A stretch of DNA of 32,000 nt from Trichodesmium erythraeum IMS101. GTDB lineage: Bacteria; Cyanobacteriota; Cyanobacteriia; Cyanobacteriales; Microcoleaceae. The stretch is taken from contig NC_008312.1 in the NCBI RefSeq assembly GCF_000014265.1, forward strand, positions 3,660,001-3,692,000, read 5' to 3'. A program made the position numbers and the translations under genes. Positions 9,911 to 18,760 of the stretch are shown here, piece after piece; the stretch's first letter is position 1; every line of letters begins with the position of its first letter. Under the pieces are notes generated by a model. It worked only from the letters and a program-made list of their open reading frames with translations, had not been told where the DNA came from and made no database searches.

Positions 9911-10148
9911 TTATTCTTATACTAGGTTTAATGGTGTCTTTTTTTTTTGTTTAATTTTCGATTCAACTCTTCTCGATATCGCTTTTTTTTCCTCTGCACT
10001 TTCAACAATTAACCATCTTTGTTTAGAAGCTGTTTGAAAAGGGATAGAAGTGTAGCCAATTATGCTAAACGCCATCTCAAGTAGAATTAGCTTACACTCA
10101 AGCATAGTAGAGAATATCTACTTACAGTCAGACTAAAGTAGGGGTGAA

Positions 10149-10195
10149 GTAAGCAATGGTTTGAGAACCTTTTCTGGAGATGTCTAGTTATCAAC
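10149..10195 (+). repeat. dispersed repeat, partial copy (partner at 16671-16714)
   Basis: The core ttgagaaccttttctggagatgtcta (10161-10186) matches ttgaaaacctttcctagagatgtcta (16679-16704) at 23 of 26 positions. The flanks gtaag... and ...ta.caa(a)c are also shared. Confidence 0.55.
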
Positions 10196-10472
10196 TGCTT
10201 GCTGGGGATGTTCTTAAATATCTACTATCCATACAGGAGTTATGCCAACTCCTAGAAAACAAGCTATCTGTAGGGGTTAAATATCTGCTCTCTCTACTGG
10301 ATATAGTCATTCTTCGTAAGTCCTACTGACAATAATTTTTAATTTTGCCTAATTTAGGTTTCATCATTTGATTTACCAACGCTTAATTTTTTCTTAACCT
10401 GAGTTTTTATAATTATATTTAATCAATAATATAATTGTATCTATATGTTTTGTACGATTATTTCTGACAAGC

Positions 10473-10510
10473 TTAATAATTTTTAATAATTTTTAATAAT
10501 TTTTAATTAT
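10473..10510. repeat. 10-bp phased A/T tandem repeat (TTTTAATAAT, about 3.8 units) upstream of the efflux operon
   Basis: Read directly as ttaataat ttttaataat ttttaataat ttttaattat, ending 80 nt before the ATG at 10590. Confidence 0.85.
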
Positions 10511-10589
10511 CAGGGGTAAAATGTGAGAGGGTAAATATAATCATAGAAAATTATATTAAAAAATAAAAACTAAAAACTAATTTTATTTT

Positions 10590-12419
10590 ATGGCTATAAA
10601 TTATCGAACTGGAAAAGTCATTACTTCAGAAAATAGAGGGAAATGGCAAGGACTAATTATTGGTATTGGCATTGGTGTAATTGCTAGTTTAGTGAGTATG
10701 CAAGTTTCTAGACAAAAGCAAAAGACTGAAGCTAATACCACTTCTACCCAAGCCATTAAAGGTGCAATAGAGACTAATTTGGCCCCCACTATGAGCGTGA
10801 CAGTGGCAAGAGTAGAATTAGCAAGGGTAGAACGCACCCTTAATGCTACAGGTAGCGTTGTTGCCTTCGATCTATTACCAGTGTTACCCCAGGTGAGTGG
10901 GTTACAAATTCAACAAGTCTTGGTAGAGGAAGGGGAAACAGTTACTCAAGGTCAGGTAATGGCAATTTTAGATGACTCCGTTTTGAAATCGAAAATTAAC
11001 CAAGCTAAATCTCAAGTAGCATCAGCTCGCAGTCAAGTAGAGCAAAGAAGGGCTGTTCACAGTAAGACGAAAGTAGGTGTGGAGCAAGCTATTGCTGCTT
11101 GGGAACAAGCAAGAGCAGAACGTGATGGTGTCAAAGCTACTATTACTCAGGCTCAAGCAGGTAAAGATGAGGCGATCGCTGCTCTCAAACAAGCTCAAGC
11201 AAGTCGGGATGATGCTTTTGCCGCTCTCAAACAAACTCAAGCAAGTCGGGATGATGCTTTTGCCGCTCTTAGACAAACCCAAGCAAGTCGGGATGACACC
11301 CTGGCGTTTGTAGCGCAAACTGAAGCTAGGTTATCAGAAGCTCAAGCTAACGAAGAACAAACCCTGAGAGATTTTGAGCGATATCAAACTCTGAGAGGGG
11401 AGGGTGTTATTAGTTCTCAAGAATTAGAAACTCGTAGCACGGCTACGAAAACAGCTAGGGAAGGGGTTCGAGTTGCTAAAGCTAATATTAATAGTGCTCA
11501 AGCTAAGGTTGACATTGCTGAAGCGAATATTGATAGTGCTCAAGCTAAGGTTGACATTGCTGAAGCGAATATTGATAGTGCTCAAGCTAAGGTTGACATT
11601 GCTGGATCAAATGTTAGGAGTGCAGAAGCTAGGGTAGAAAGTGCACAAGCAAGTCTCAGTAGTACAATAGCTCAACTACGGAGTGCAGAGGCTAAAGTTA
11701 ATAGTGCTAAAGCTAATATTAGTAGCGCTCAAGCAGAAGTTAATAGTGCATTATCCAATATTAATAGTGCTATGTCAAGTGTTAGCAGTGACGAAGCTCG
11801 CCTAGAAGAAAAACAAACTCAGCTCTCACAGACTTTAGTGAAAGCTCCAGCAAATGGTATATTAGCAGAACGGATAGCTCGTGTTGGTGATGTGAGTTCT
11901 AGTAGTAAAAAATTATTTTCAATTATTAAAGATAATCAATTAGAATTACAATTAGAAGTACCAGAAACTCAGTTACCACAAGTTAAAATTGGCACAAAAG
12001 TTAATATTAGTTCTGATGCTGATAGTAGGATAAAAATTTCAGGAATAGTGAGACAAATAGCACCATTAGTTAATGAACAAACTCGCGAAGCTACTGTCAA
12101 AATAGACCTACCTAATAGTGATTTATTACGACCAGGAATGTTTTTGCGGGCAAAAATTACAACTGCTACAAATCAAGGATTAAAAATTCCAGCAAAAGCA
12201 GTATTACCTCAAACAGATGGGCAGTCTATTGTTTATGTTTTGCAAAGTAATAATAAAGTTAAAGCTATGCCTGTAGAAGTAGGAAAAATTTTAGGTAAAA
12301 ATAGTGATTTAGCTAATGCTGAAATTGAAGTAAAAAAGGGTTTAGATTTAGGTAATAAAGTAGTATTAGCAGGTGCAGGTTATTTGAAAGATGGAGATAT
12401 AGTTAAAGTTATTGAGTAA
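10590..12419 (+). CDS. efflux RND transporter periplasmic adaptor (HlyD/MFP family) with an unusually long coiled-coil hairpin
   Basis: 609 aa. It has an N-terminal anchor (WQGLIIGIGIGVIASLVSM), lipoyl-like halves (GQVMAILDD ... LVKAPANGILAERIARVGDV), an RLS-type hairpin tip (FERYQTLRGEGVISSQELE) and a beta-barrel/membrane-proximal-like C-terminus. It sits directly upstream of an RND pump gene. Confidence 0.9.
   Translation: MAINYRTGKVITSENRGKWQGLIIGIGIGVIASLVSMQVSRQKQKTEANTTSTQAIKGAIETNLAPTMSVTVARVELARVERTLNATGSVVAFDLLPVLPQVSGLQIQQVLVEEGETVTQGQVMAILDDSVLKSKINQAKSQVASARSQVEQRRAVHSKTKVGVEQAIAAWEQARAERDGVKATITQAQAGKDEAIAALKQAQASRDDAFAALKQTQASRDDAFAALRQTQASRDDTLAFVAQTEARLSEAQANEEQTLRDFERYQTLRGEGVISSQELETRSTATKTAREGVRVAKANINSAQAKVDIAEANIDSAQAKVDIAEANIDSAQAKVDIAGSNVRSAEARVESAQASLSSTIAQLRSAEAKVNSAKANISSAQAEVNSALSNINSAMSSVSSDEARLEEKQTQLSQTLVKAPANGILAERIARVGDVSSSSKKLFSIIKDNQLELQLEVPETQLPQVKIGTKVNISSDADSRIKISGIVRQIAPLVNEQTREATVKIDLPNSDLLRPGMFLRAKITTATNQGLKIPAKAVLPQTDGQSIVYVLQSNNKVKAMPVEVGKILGKNSDLANAEIEVKKGLDLGNKVVLAGAGYLKDGDIVKVIE
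11181..11306 (+). repeat. in-frame 42-bp tandem repeat x3 (ALKQAQASRDDAFA units) in adaptor helix 1
   Basis: Units start at 11181, 11223 and 11265. The first two are near-identical and the third has diverged. Confidence 0.9.
11481..11606 (+). repeat. in-frame 42-bp tandem repeat x3 (ANI(N/D)SAQAKVDIAE units) in adaptor helix 2
   Basis: Units start at 11481, 11523 and 11565. Degenerate 14-residue periodicity continues to about 11800. Confidence 0.9.
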
Positions 12420-12571
12420 AATTAACCTCTAATAATTGTGAAATAAAAATATCGTCATAATTCCAATAGTTGCATAGTAATCAATACTCAATTAACTCCG
12501 TTCATGATTTAGATATCAAATAACATCACAATACTTAAAAGTCAGCTAAAATTTTATATTTTGAATTAACT

Positions 12572-15500
12572 ATGTCATTTCATCTATCAGCTTGGTCTAT
12601 CAAAAAACCAGTTCCTACTTTGGTCATGTTTTTGGTTTTAACAGTAGTAGGGCTAATGTCATTTTTTCAATTAGGAATAGACAACTTACCCAATATTGAT
12701 ATTCCCCTAGTATCAGTAACAGTAACTCAACAAGGAGCAGGTCCGACAGAATTAGAAACACAAGTCACAAAAAAAGTTGAAGATGCTGTGGCAGGTTTAG
12801 GAGATATTGAGCAACTAAAATCAACCGTAACCGATGGACTATCTACAACTGTTATTAGTTTTGACTTAGGAGTAGATAGTGATCGCGCTACTAACGATGT
12901 TCGCAATGCCATAGATAAAATTCGCCAAGATTTACCCCCAGATGTTAATGACCCCATTATTACAAGAATAGAAATAGGTGGAGACGGACCAATAATGACT
13001 TATGCTGTCGCTTCTGACAAACGGTCTGTAGAAGAGTTAAGCGAATTGGTTGACAAAGAAATTAGTCGAGCTATTCTCAATGTTCCTGGTGTTTCTCAAA
13101 TTAACCGTATTGGGGGAGCTGACCGCGAAATACTCATAGAACTAAGTCCCCAAAGACTAGAAAGTCTGGGTATTACTGCTACTCAAGTTAACGATCAAAT
13201 TCGTGCTTTGAATGCTAACATACCAGGAGGACGTTCTCAAACAGGAGGTACAGAAAAAAATATTCGGACTTTAGGGAGTGCTGAGACAGTAGAGGCATTG
13301 AAAGAATATCAAATTATTCTGCCTTCGGGTGGTGCCGTTCCCCTTTCCAGTGTAGGAAAAGTCATTGATGGTTTTGAGGAAACTAGACAAACAGCTTGGT
13401 TATTAGAAAAAAATAGTGAGGGTAAAGCTTTAGGTTCTGAACAAAACTTAGTCAGAAATAATATTGGTAAACCAGTTGTAGCTTTCGGGGTAGTTCGCAG
13501 TACAGGCAGTACCTTAGTTACTGTAGAAAAAAATGTACGGAAAACAGTTGCCAAACTTGAAAAAACATTGCCAGAAGATGTAGATTTACAACTCATTTTT
13601 ACTCTGGCAACAGATATTGAACAATCATATCAAGCATCAATAGACGCTTTAGTTATTGGTTCCATACTCACTGTCATAATTGTTGGTATATTTTTACGAG
13701 ACTGGCGACCAACTATAGTGACAGCAGTAGCATTACCATTATCAATACTCCCTACTTTTTTGGTAATGAGAGCTCTCAATTACACTCTAGATGGGATGAC
13801 TCTATTAGCACTAGCATTGGCAATGGGTAACTTAGTAGATGATGCTATTTGTATGATCGAGAATATCGAACAACATATTAACAAGGGAAAAAATCCGTTC
13901 CAAGCAGCTTTGGATGGGTCAGCAGAAATTGGTTTGGCAGTAGTTGCAACAACTGCTACAATAGTTGCAGTCTTTTTACCTGTAGCGTTTATGGGTGGGA
14001 TACCAGGTAAGTTTTTCAAACCATTCGGCATTACTGTAGCAGTTGCCACCATGTTTTCTACATTAGTTGCGACTACAATGACACCAATGTTGGGTGCGCG
14101 GTTATTGAAACATAGACGGCTAAAAACATCTCCTGGTTTTCCAGAACACAATTACAAACAAAGAAAATTTCGCCCTTACAGTCAGTTACTAAATTGGGCA
14201 TTACGCCATAAAATTATCACCTTAGCTATTGCAGTTATCTTTTTTATTAGTAGTTTGCAACTGATTCCACTACTTCCGAAAGGATTAACTGGTGCTGAGG
14301 ATCGGGGAGTGAGTATAGTTTCCCTAGAATTGTCTCCTGGTTCAACTTTAGCAGAAACAGAACAAGCCACACAACAAATAATGCAACTGTTACAAGAAAA
14401 TCAAGTTGTCACTAGCGTATTTGCTAATGTGGGTAGCGAATTTGTGAACAAAAGTAGATTATACGTTACGATCTTACCCAGAAAAGAAAGAAATTTTTCT
14501 CAAAAAGAATTTGAAAAACAGGCACGACCATTATTTCAGAATATTCCAGGAGCACGAATTAATTTTGTTAGTATGGGTGCTGGGGGTACGGGTAAGGATT
14601 TAACCATTGTTCTGAACAGCGACAATGCAGTTACTTTACAACAGACATCTGATGCTTTAGAACGACAAATGCGAGAGGTTCCGGGGTTGGTGGATGTGAC
14701 TTCTAGTGCTAGTTTAGTGAAACCAGAAATTTTGATCCAACCATTACCTGCCAGAGCAGGAGATTTAGGAGTTTCAGTACAGGCGATCGCTCGTACCGCA
14801 TCATTAGCTACTATCGGAGATAATGAGAAAAATTTAGCTAAGTTTGATCTGGCAGATCGTCAAATTCCAATTCGGGTACAATTGGCAGAGGAATTTAGAA
14901 ATGACTTAGATGTAATTAAAAATTTACGCATTCCCAGTAAAAATGGTAGGTTGGTACCATTATCTGCAGTAGCTGAGATTAGTGTCGGTAGTGGACCTGC
15001 GCAAATAAAACGTTTTAACCGTTATCGTCAAGTTTCCTTTGGGGCAAATTTACAGGGTATTTCTCTGGGAGATGCACTAACAGAGGTTAAATCATTACCA
15101 GCAATAAATCCACTACCTCTTGATATCAGTGAACAATCTGATGGTAGTGCAAAACTTATGATGGATGTGTTTAATGGTTTTGCAAGTGCTTTAGGTTTAT
15201 CAGTATTGTGTATTTATGCAATTTTAGTGTTACTATACAATAACTTTCTTTATCCTATAGTAATTTTGGTAGCATTACCTTTATCAATTGGTGGTGCATT
15301 GTTAGGGTTGCTAATTTTCCAGAAAGAGTTAGGTTTGTTTGCTTTAATTGGAATTGTACTGTTGATGGGTTTGGTGACAAAAAATGCGATTTTGTTAGTA
15401 GACTGTTCCTTAGCCAATGAAGAAAAAGGAATGGCTCGGTTCCATGCAGTCCGAGAAGCTGGTATTTCTCGCTTGCGGCCAATTTTAATGACTACATTTT

Positions 15501-15706
15501 CAACCATGGCCGGAATGTTACCTATTGCCCTAGAATTAGGAGCAGGAGGTCCAGTCAGAAGTCCCATGGCGATCGCTGTCATTGGTGGTTTAACTGTGTC
15601 AACGTTATTAACGTTAGTAGTAGTGCCTGTGTTATTTAGTTACGTTGACTTGGTTGCAAAAAATTATGAAAACCACATTAAGGTACAAAGCTACTCGAGC
15701 AAGTAA
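12572..15706 (+). CDS. efflux RND transporter permease (AcrB/HAE1-like)
   Basis: 1044 aa, with the hydrophobic/periplasmic-loop layout typical of RND pumps. Family-typical segments include ALALAMGNLVDDAICMIENI (TM4 acidic pair) and LRPILMTTFSTMAGMLPIAL. It is paired with the adaptor gene upstream. Confidence 0.95.
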   Translation: MSFHLSAWSIKKPVPTLVMFLVLTVVGLMSFFQLGIDNLPNIDIPLVSVTVTQQGAGPTELETQVTKKVEDAVAGLGDIEQLKSTVTDGLSTTVISFDLGVDSDRATNDVRNAIDKIRQDLPPDVNDPIITRIEIGGDGPIMTYAVASDKRSVEELSELVDKEISRAILNVPGVSQINRIGGADREILIELSPQRLESLGITATQVNDQIRALNANIPGGRSQTGGTEKNIRTLGSAETVEALKEYQIILPSGGAVPLSSVGKVIDGFEETRQTAWLLEKNSEGKALGSEQNLVRNNIGKPVVAFGVVRSTGSTLVTVEKNVRKTVAKLEKTLPEDVDLQLIFTLATDIEQSYQASIDALVIGSILTVIIVGIFLRDWRPTIVTAVALPLSILPTFLVMRALNYTLDGMTLLALALAMGNLVDDAICMIENIEQHINKGKNPFQAALDGSAEIGLAVVATTATIVAVFLPVAFMGGIPGKFFKPFGITVAVATMFSTLVATTMTPMLGARLLKHRRLKTSPGFPEHNYKQRKFRPYSQLLNWALRHKIITLAIAVIFFISSLQLIPLLPKGLTGAEDRGVSIVSLELSPGSTLAETEQATQQIMQLLQENQVVTSVFANVGSEFVNKSRLYVTILPRKERNFSQKEFEKQARPLFQNIPGARINFVSMGAGGTGKDLTIVLNSDNAVTLQQTSDALERQMREVPGLVDVTSSASLVKPEILIQPLPARAGDLGVSVQAIARTASLATIGDNEKNLAKFDLADRQIPIRVQLAEEFRNDLDVIKNLRIPSKNGRLVPLSAVAEISVGSGPAQIKRFNRYRQVSFGANLQGISLGDALTEVKSLPAINPLPLDISEQSDGSAKLMMDVFNGFASALGLSVLCIYAILVLLYNNFLYPIVILVALPLSIGGALLGLLIFQKELGLFALIGIVLLMGLVTKNAILLVDCSLANEEKGMARFHAVREAGISRLRPILMTTFSTMAGMLPIALELGAGGPVRSPMAIAVIGGLTVSTLLTLVVVPVLFSYVDLVAKNYENHIKVQSYSSK

Positions 15707-16120
15707 ATATGAGTAAATCCAAATTTACAGCCTATTCAATGGTATAATTAAAGATAAATTAAGATGGTTGTTACAACTTTCATGCTTTAAAATATAGCTA
15801 AGGTATATCTAAAGGGTATCAAAAAGGTAGCACTAGGTAAGCTAAAATGAATAGCGCGAACACAACTGGATTTTATCTACAGAAAAAGTAGCCATATTAT
15901 TAAACCTGCAAACTAAAAATATTCAAAACAAATGCTCTAGGCATAACTTTAAATTTATTCGTGATCTAGAATGAGGTTATATAGTATATGTATATGTAAC
16001 TAAGAATAAGCAGACATTAAAGCAATGGGAAAGCGTTTGAGTCTCAAAGAGCATATTTCTGCAGCTAGACTTTAGGAAAAAAACGAAATCAAACTACCTT
16101 AGTCTATCTCCAAACCAACT

Positions 16121-16433
16121 CAGTGGGACATTGTCTGGCTATTGGCGGTTCCAAGAGTTAAGAAGTAGCTACAGTGACTGGGTTGAGCTTGCAATGGTAA
16201 GAGGCGATATAGCTGCCCATCGGTTCCGCAAAAGCTCAACGGTTTTACAAAGGAAGACCAGCAGCGAATGCAGATGGTCGTCACCAGAACCAGGGAGCAA
16301 AACCTTTGCTCCCGGAACAGCAGCAAGCTCTACTGGTACAACTTTTAGAAGGAGTGCCTCCTGGTGGAGGGATATAGAGCGACCCAAAGGTAGCGCTCTG
16401 AGGGAGAGTGTAGTACAAGCAAAAGGTCCACTA
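16121..16433. ncRNA. candidate structured RNA of unknown class (strand not established)
   Basis: This block is visibly GC-richer than the very AT-rich intergenic DNA around it. Stop-free frames on both strands (tracked ORFs 16131-16451 +, 16120-16326 - and 16169-16387 -) suggest a composition effect rather than coding. Perfect stems are gttgagctt 16182-16190 / aagctcaac 16232-16240, gggagcaaa 16293-16301 / tttgctccc 16305-16313, and agagcg 16377-16382 / cgctct 16394-16399. A possible closing helix is agtggg 16122-16127 / tccact 16427-16432. An A/T hairpin plus T-run follows at 16441-16475. Confidence 0.3.
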
Positions 16434-16633
16434 AACTTAGAAAATAAATAAGTTTTATTTTTTTATTTTAATTAATGTATTATTCAGCTTATTCTCTAAA
16501 AGTACCATTGTATCTACCTAAAACCTTGCTTGTAAGCACTTGAGAGTCTGGGGAAACAGCCTTACTCTTAAAACATTTTAGGCGTGTTACGCCACTACTA
16601 ACTTTAGAGAAAAATTTAAGCTAAACTTTTCAA

Positions 16634-16704
16634 TAGACATCTACAAAAATGCTGGTTTTGTTACGTCAGCGTAAGGGCTTGAAAACCTTTCCTAGAGATG
16701 TCTA
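16634..16704. repeat. MITE-like element with 9-bp terminal inverted repeats (tagacatct / agatgtcta)
   Basis: The inverted repeats were read at 16634-16642 and 16696-16704, with an internal hairpin ttacg tcag cgtaa. The right half is shared with 10149-10195. It ends 25 nt before the ATG at 16730. Confidence 0.45.
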
Positions 16705-16729
16705 ATATACAAACTTAATACATCTCACT

Positions 16730-18637
16730 ATGGTAAAATTAAAAAAGTGGCACTTAGCAATACTCGCTATTCCCCCTCTTGCTGTAGTAGCCTTCCTAAT
16801 GATATCCGCTGGCAGACAAATAAATAATTGGGGTATTAACTGGGTCTGGGGAATATTCATCCTTATTTTTGTCGGCTGGCGTAGGTTGCTAGTCAAATGG
16901 ACTCGACCTACAGTTGCACAAATGGAAGAAGTAATAGCAGAAGTTAACAAAGAAATTCCCGCCATAGACAACACGAGAAACCAACCTTTAGAAAACGAAG
17001 CCACTAAACAACTAGAGATCACTCTCCAAGAAATTATCAAATCATGCCGTAACGACCCTCCATTCTGGGAAGACTGGCAAATATTCTGGCAACGTTGTCA
17101 AGAAGTGGTGGCTGCTGTTGCTCATGCTTACTATCCCGAAGTCAAATATCCTCTACTTAATATTTATATCCCTCAAGCTTACAGTTTAATTCGAGGTACT
17201 GTTGATGACATAGACAGATGGATACAAAAATTATCCCCTACCCTGAATCAAATAACTGTTGGTCAAGCATATCAGGGATATGAAATTTATCGGAAGTTAG
17301 AACCCTCAGCTCGAAAACTTTTCCAAGTTTTGGGTTGGGCGCAATGGTTACTTAACCCTGTAGCAGCAGCCGCTAAAGTCGCAAGTCGCGGTTACAATGA
17401 ACGAGCAAATCAGCAATTGTTGGCTAATTTGAGTCAAATATTGCGGGAAGTGGCGTTGCGAAATTTGTCTCAACAGGCGATCGCTATTTATGGAGGTAGT
17501 AAGTTAGAATTTTTAGACTCTGCTATTTCTACTCAGACTCTCCCGAAAGCAGAAACTAAAACTCTCGAACAAATTCTGGCACAAGCTCAACCGACGGAAA
17601 CTGTTGAGCAAAAACCTGTTAATATTTTATTGGTGGGGCGTACGGGAGCAGGAAAAAGTAGTTTAATTAATACTCTATTTGCTGCAGAGCGTGCTGAGGT
17701 CGATGTGTTGCCAAGCACGGATGAAATTAAAAATTATCAGTGGCAAACTCAAATGGGAGAAATTCTTAACCTTTGGGATACTCCTGGTTATGAACAAGTT
17801 AACCGTGCCGACCTGCGAGAATTGGTGCTTGACTATGCTAAAACTGTTGATTTATTGTTGTTAGTTAACCCTGCTCTTGACCCTGCCTTGCAAATGGATA
17901 TAGATTTTCTCCAAGATCTCAAAGGAGAAGTTGCTAATTTGCCTACTATTATAATTATAACCCAAGTCGACCGTTTACGACCGATACGGGAATGGCAACC
18001 ACCTTATGATTGGATCTGGGGCAAAAATGCTAAGGAAAAATCTATTCGGGAGGCGACTCAATATCGGGCAGAAATTTTGGGAGATTTTTGTAGTCAAGTT
18101 TTACCTGTTGTAACGGCGGATATTAAAAATAATAGAAATGGTTGGAATGTTGATGCCATATCTTTGTCACTCTTAGAAGCTATTGCTCCTGCTAAACAAC
18201 TACGTCTAGCTAAGTTTTTGTGCGATCGCAAAGCTCGTTCTGTAGCAGCAGCTCAAATTATTAACCATTATACTTTTCAAATGGCTACTACTCAAGGATT
18301 AACTGCTTTATTGAAAAGCCCAGTATTGCAGTTTATTTCTACTTTAACAACAGGTTCACCAGCTTTAGCTTATGTGCTAGCAGAAAAAATTCCTGTGGAA
18401 GATTTGCCTATAGTTATTGGTAAATTACAGATGGCTTATGATTTATTTTCCTTATTGAGTGAGGATACAAATTTGGGCAGTTTTGATCTGTTAGCATTGT
18501 GGCCTTTATTATTAGAAAATCCTGCTGCACCAGACCTTAATGCTTGGGCATTTGGTCACGCTTTGGTAGAATATTGGATGCAGGATTTGAGTATTATACA
18601 ATTGCAACAGCGGTTTAATAATTATTTAAAAATCTAA
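16730..18637 (+). CDS. membrane-anchored P-loop GTPase with DUF697-like C-terminal region
   Basis: 635 aa. It has N-terminal hydrophobic helices (LAILAIPPLAVVAFLMI, WVWGIFILIFVGW), G1 GRTGAGKSSLIN, G3 LWDTPGYE and a G4-like ITQVDRL. The C-terminal AAAQIINHYTFQMATTQGLTALLKSP...KLQMAYDLFSLL resembles the tail of the 3405-4739 product. Confidence 0.85.
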   Translation: MVKLKKWHLAILAIPPLAVVAFLMISAGRQINNWGINWVWGIFILIFVGWRRLLVKWTRPTVAQMEEVIAEVNKEIPAIDNTRNQPLENEATKQLEITLQEIIKSCRNDPPFWEDWQIFWQRCQEVVAAVAHAYYPEVKYPLLNIYIPQAYSLIRGTVDDIDRWIQKLSPTLNQITVGQAYQGYEIYRKLEPSARKLFQVLGWAQWLLNPVAAAAKVASRGYNERANQQLLANLSQILREVALRNLSQQAIAIYGGSKLEFLDSAISTQTLPKAETKTLEQILAQAQPTETVEQKPVNILLVGRTGAGKSSLINTLFAAERAEVDVLPSTDEIKNYQWQTQMGEILNLWDTPGYEQVNRADLRELVLDYAKTVDLLLLVNPALDPALQMDIDFLQDLKGEVANLPTIIIITQVDRLRPIREWQPPYDWIWGKNAKEKSIREATQYRAEILGDFCSQVLPVVTADIKNNRNGWNVDAISLSLLEAIAPAKQLRLAKFLCDRKARSVAAAQIINHYTFQMATTQGLTALLKSPVLQFISTLTTGSPALAYVLAEKIPVEDLPIVIGKLQMAYDLFSLLSEDTNLGSFDLLALWPLLLENPAAPDLNAWAFGHALVEYWMQDLSIIQLQQRFNNYLKI

Positions 18638-18651
18638 TTATTCTCTAACTA

Positions 18652-18760
18652 AGAGGCTGTTTGAGAAGTACCACGAGGGGTTGATTAATCCTTTTGACAA
18701 ACACCTCTTCCCTAACCTCCCACCACAACGGTTTGGGAGGTTAATAAGCCTCTCTTTTTG
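18652..18760 (+). terminator. compound hairpin plus T-run, terminator candidate for the 16730-18637 gene
   Basis: The outer stem agaggct 18652-18658 / agcctct 18747-18753 encloses a perfect 9-bp hairpin aacctccca 18714-18722 / tgggaggtt 18734-18742. It is followed by ctttttg and starts 15 nt after the stop codon. Confidence 0.4.

Noticed and set aside
9917-10105. 62-aa minus-strand ORF between the dynamin-like module and the efflux operon
   Set aside because: It is short with a basic low-complexity tail (KIKQKKKTPLNLV) and has no RBS or family signal. The adjacent hairpin has its T-run on the plus strand, so it serves the upstream plus-strand genes.
11022-11318. ORFs 11022-11318 (minus) and 11077-11313 (plus), and the tandem repeats at 11181-11606 as a possible CRISPR-like array
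   Set aside because: The repeats are contiguous with no spacers, in frame, and encode heptad-patterned coiled coil within the adaptor gene. The extra ORFs are shadow frames of that repeat.
16121-16433. Identity of the structured block as RNase P RNA, tmRNA, SRP RNA, 6S RNA, a cobalamin/TPP/FMN riboswitch or a group II intron fragment
   Set aside because: Only short word matches were found (for example CCGGAAC AGCAGC versus SRP, CAGTGG versus the B12 box), and they were in the wrong order or context. The conserved cores of these families are not present. The block is left unclassified.
16131-16451. 106-aa ORF (plus strand) and the overlapping minus-strand ORFs 16120-16326 and 16169-16387, considered as protein-coding genes
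   Set aside because: Long open frames occur on both strands of the same GC-rich block. The products are Arg/Ser-rich low-complexity sequences, and the plus-strand ORF has a TTG start. This fits a stop-poor composition artefact of a structured or GC-rich element better than real genes.
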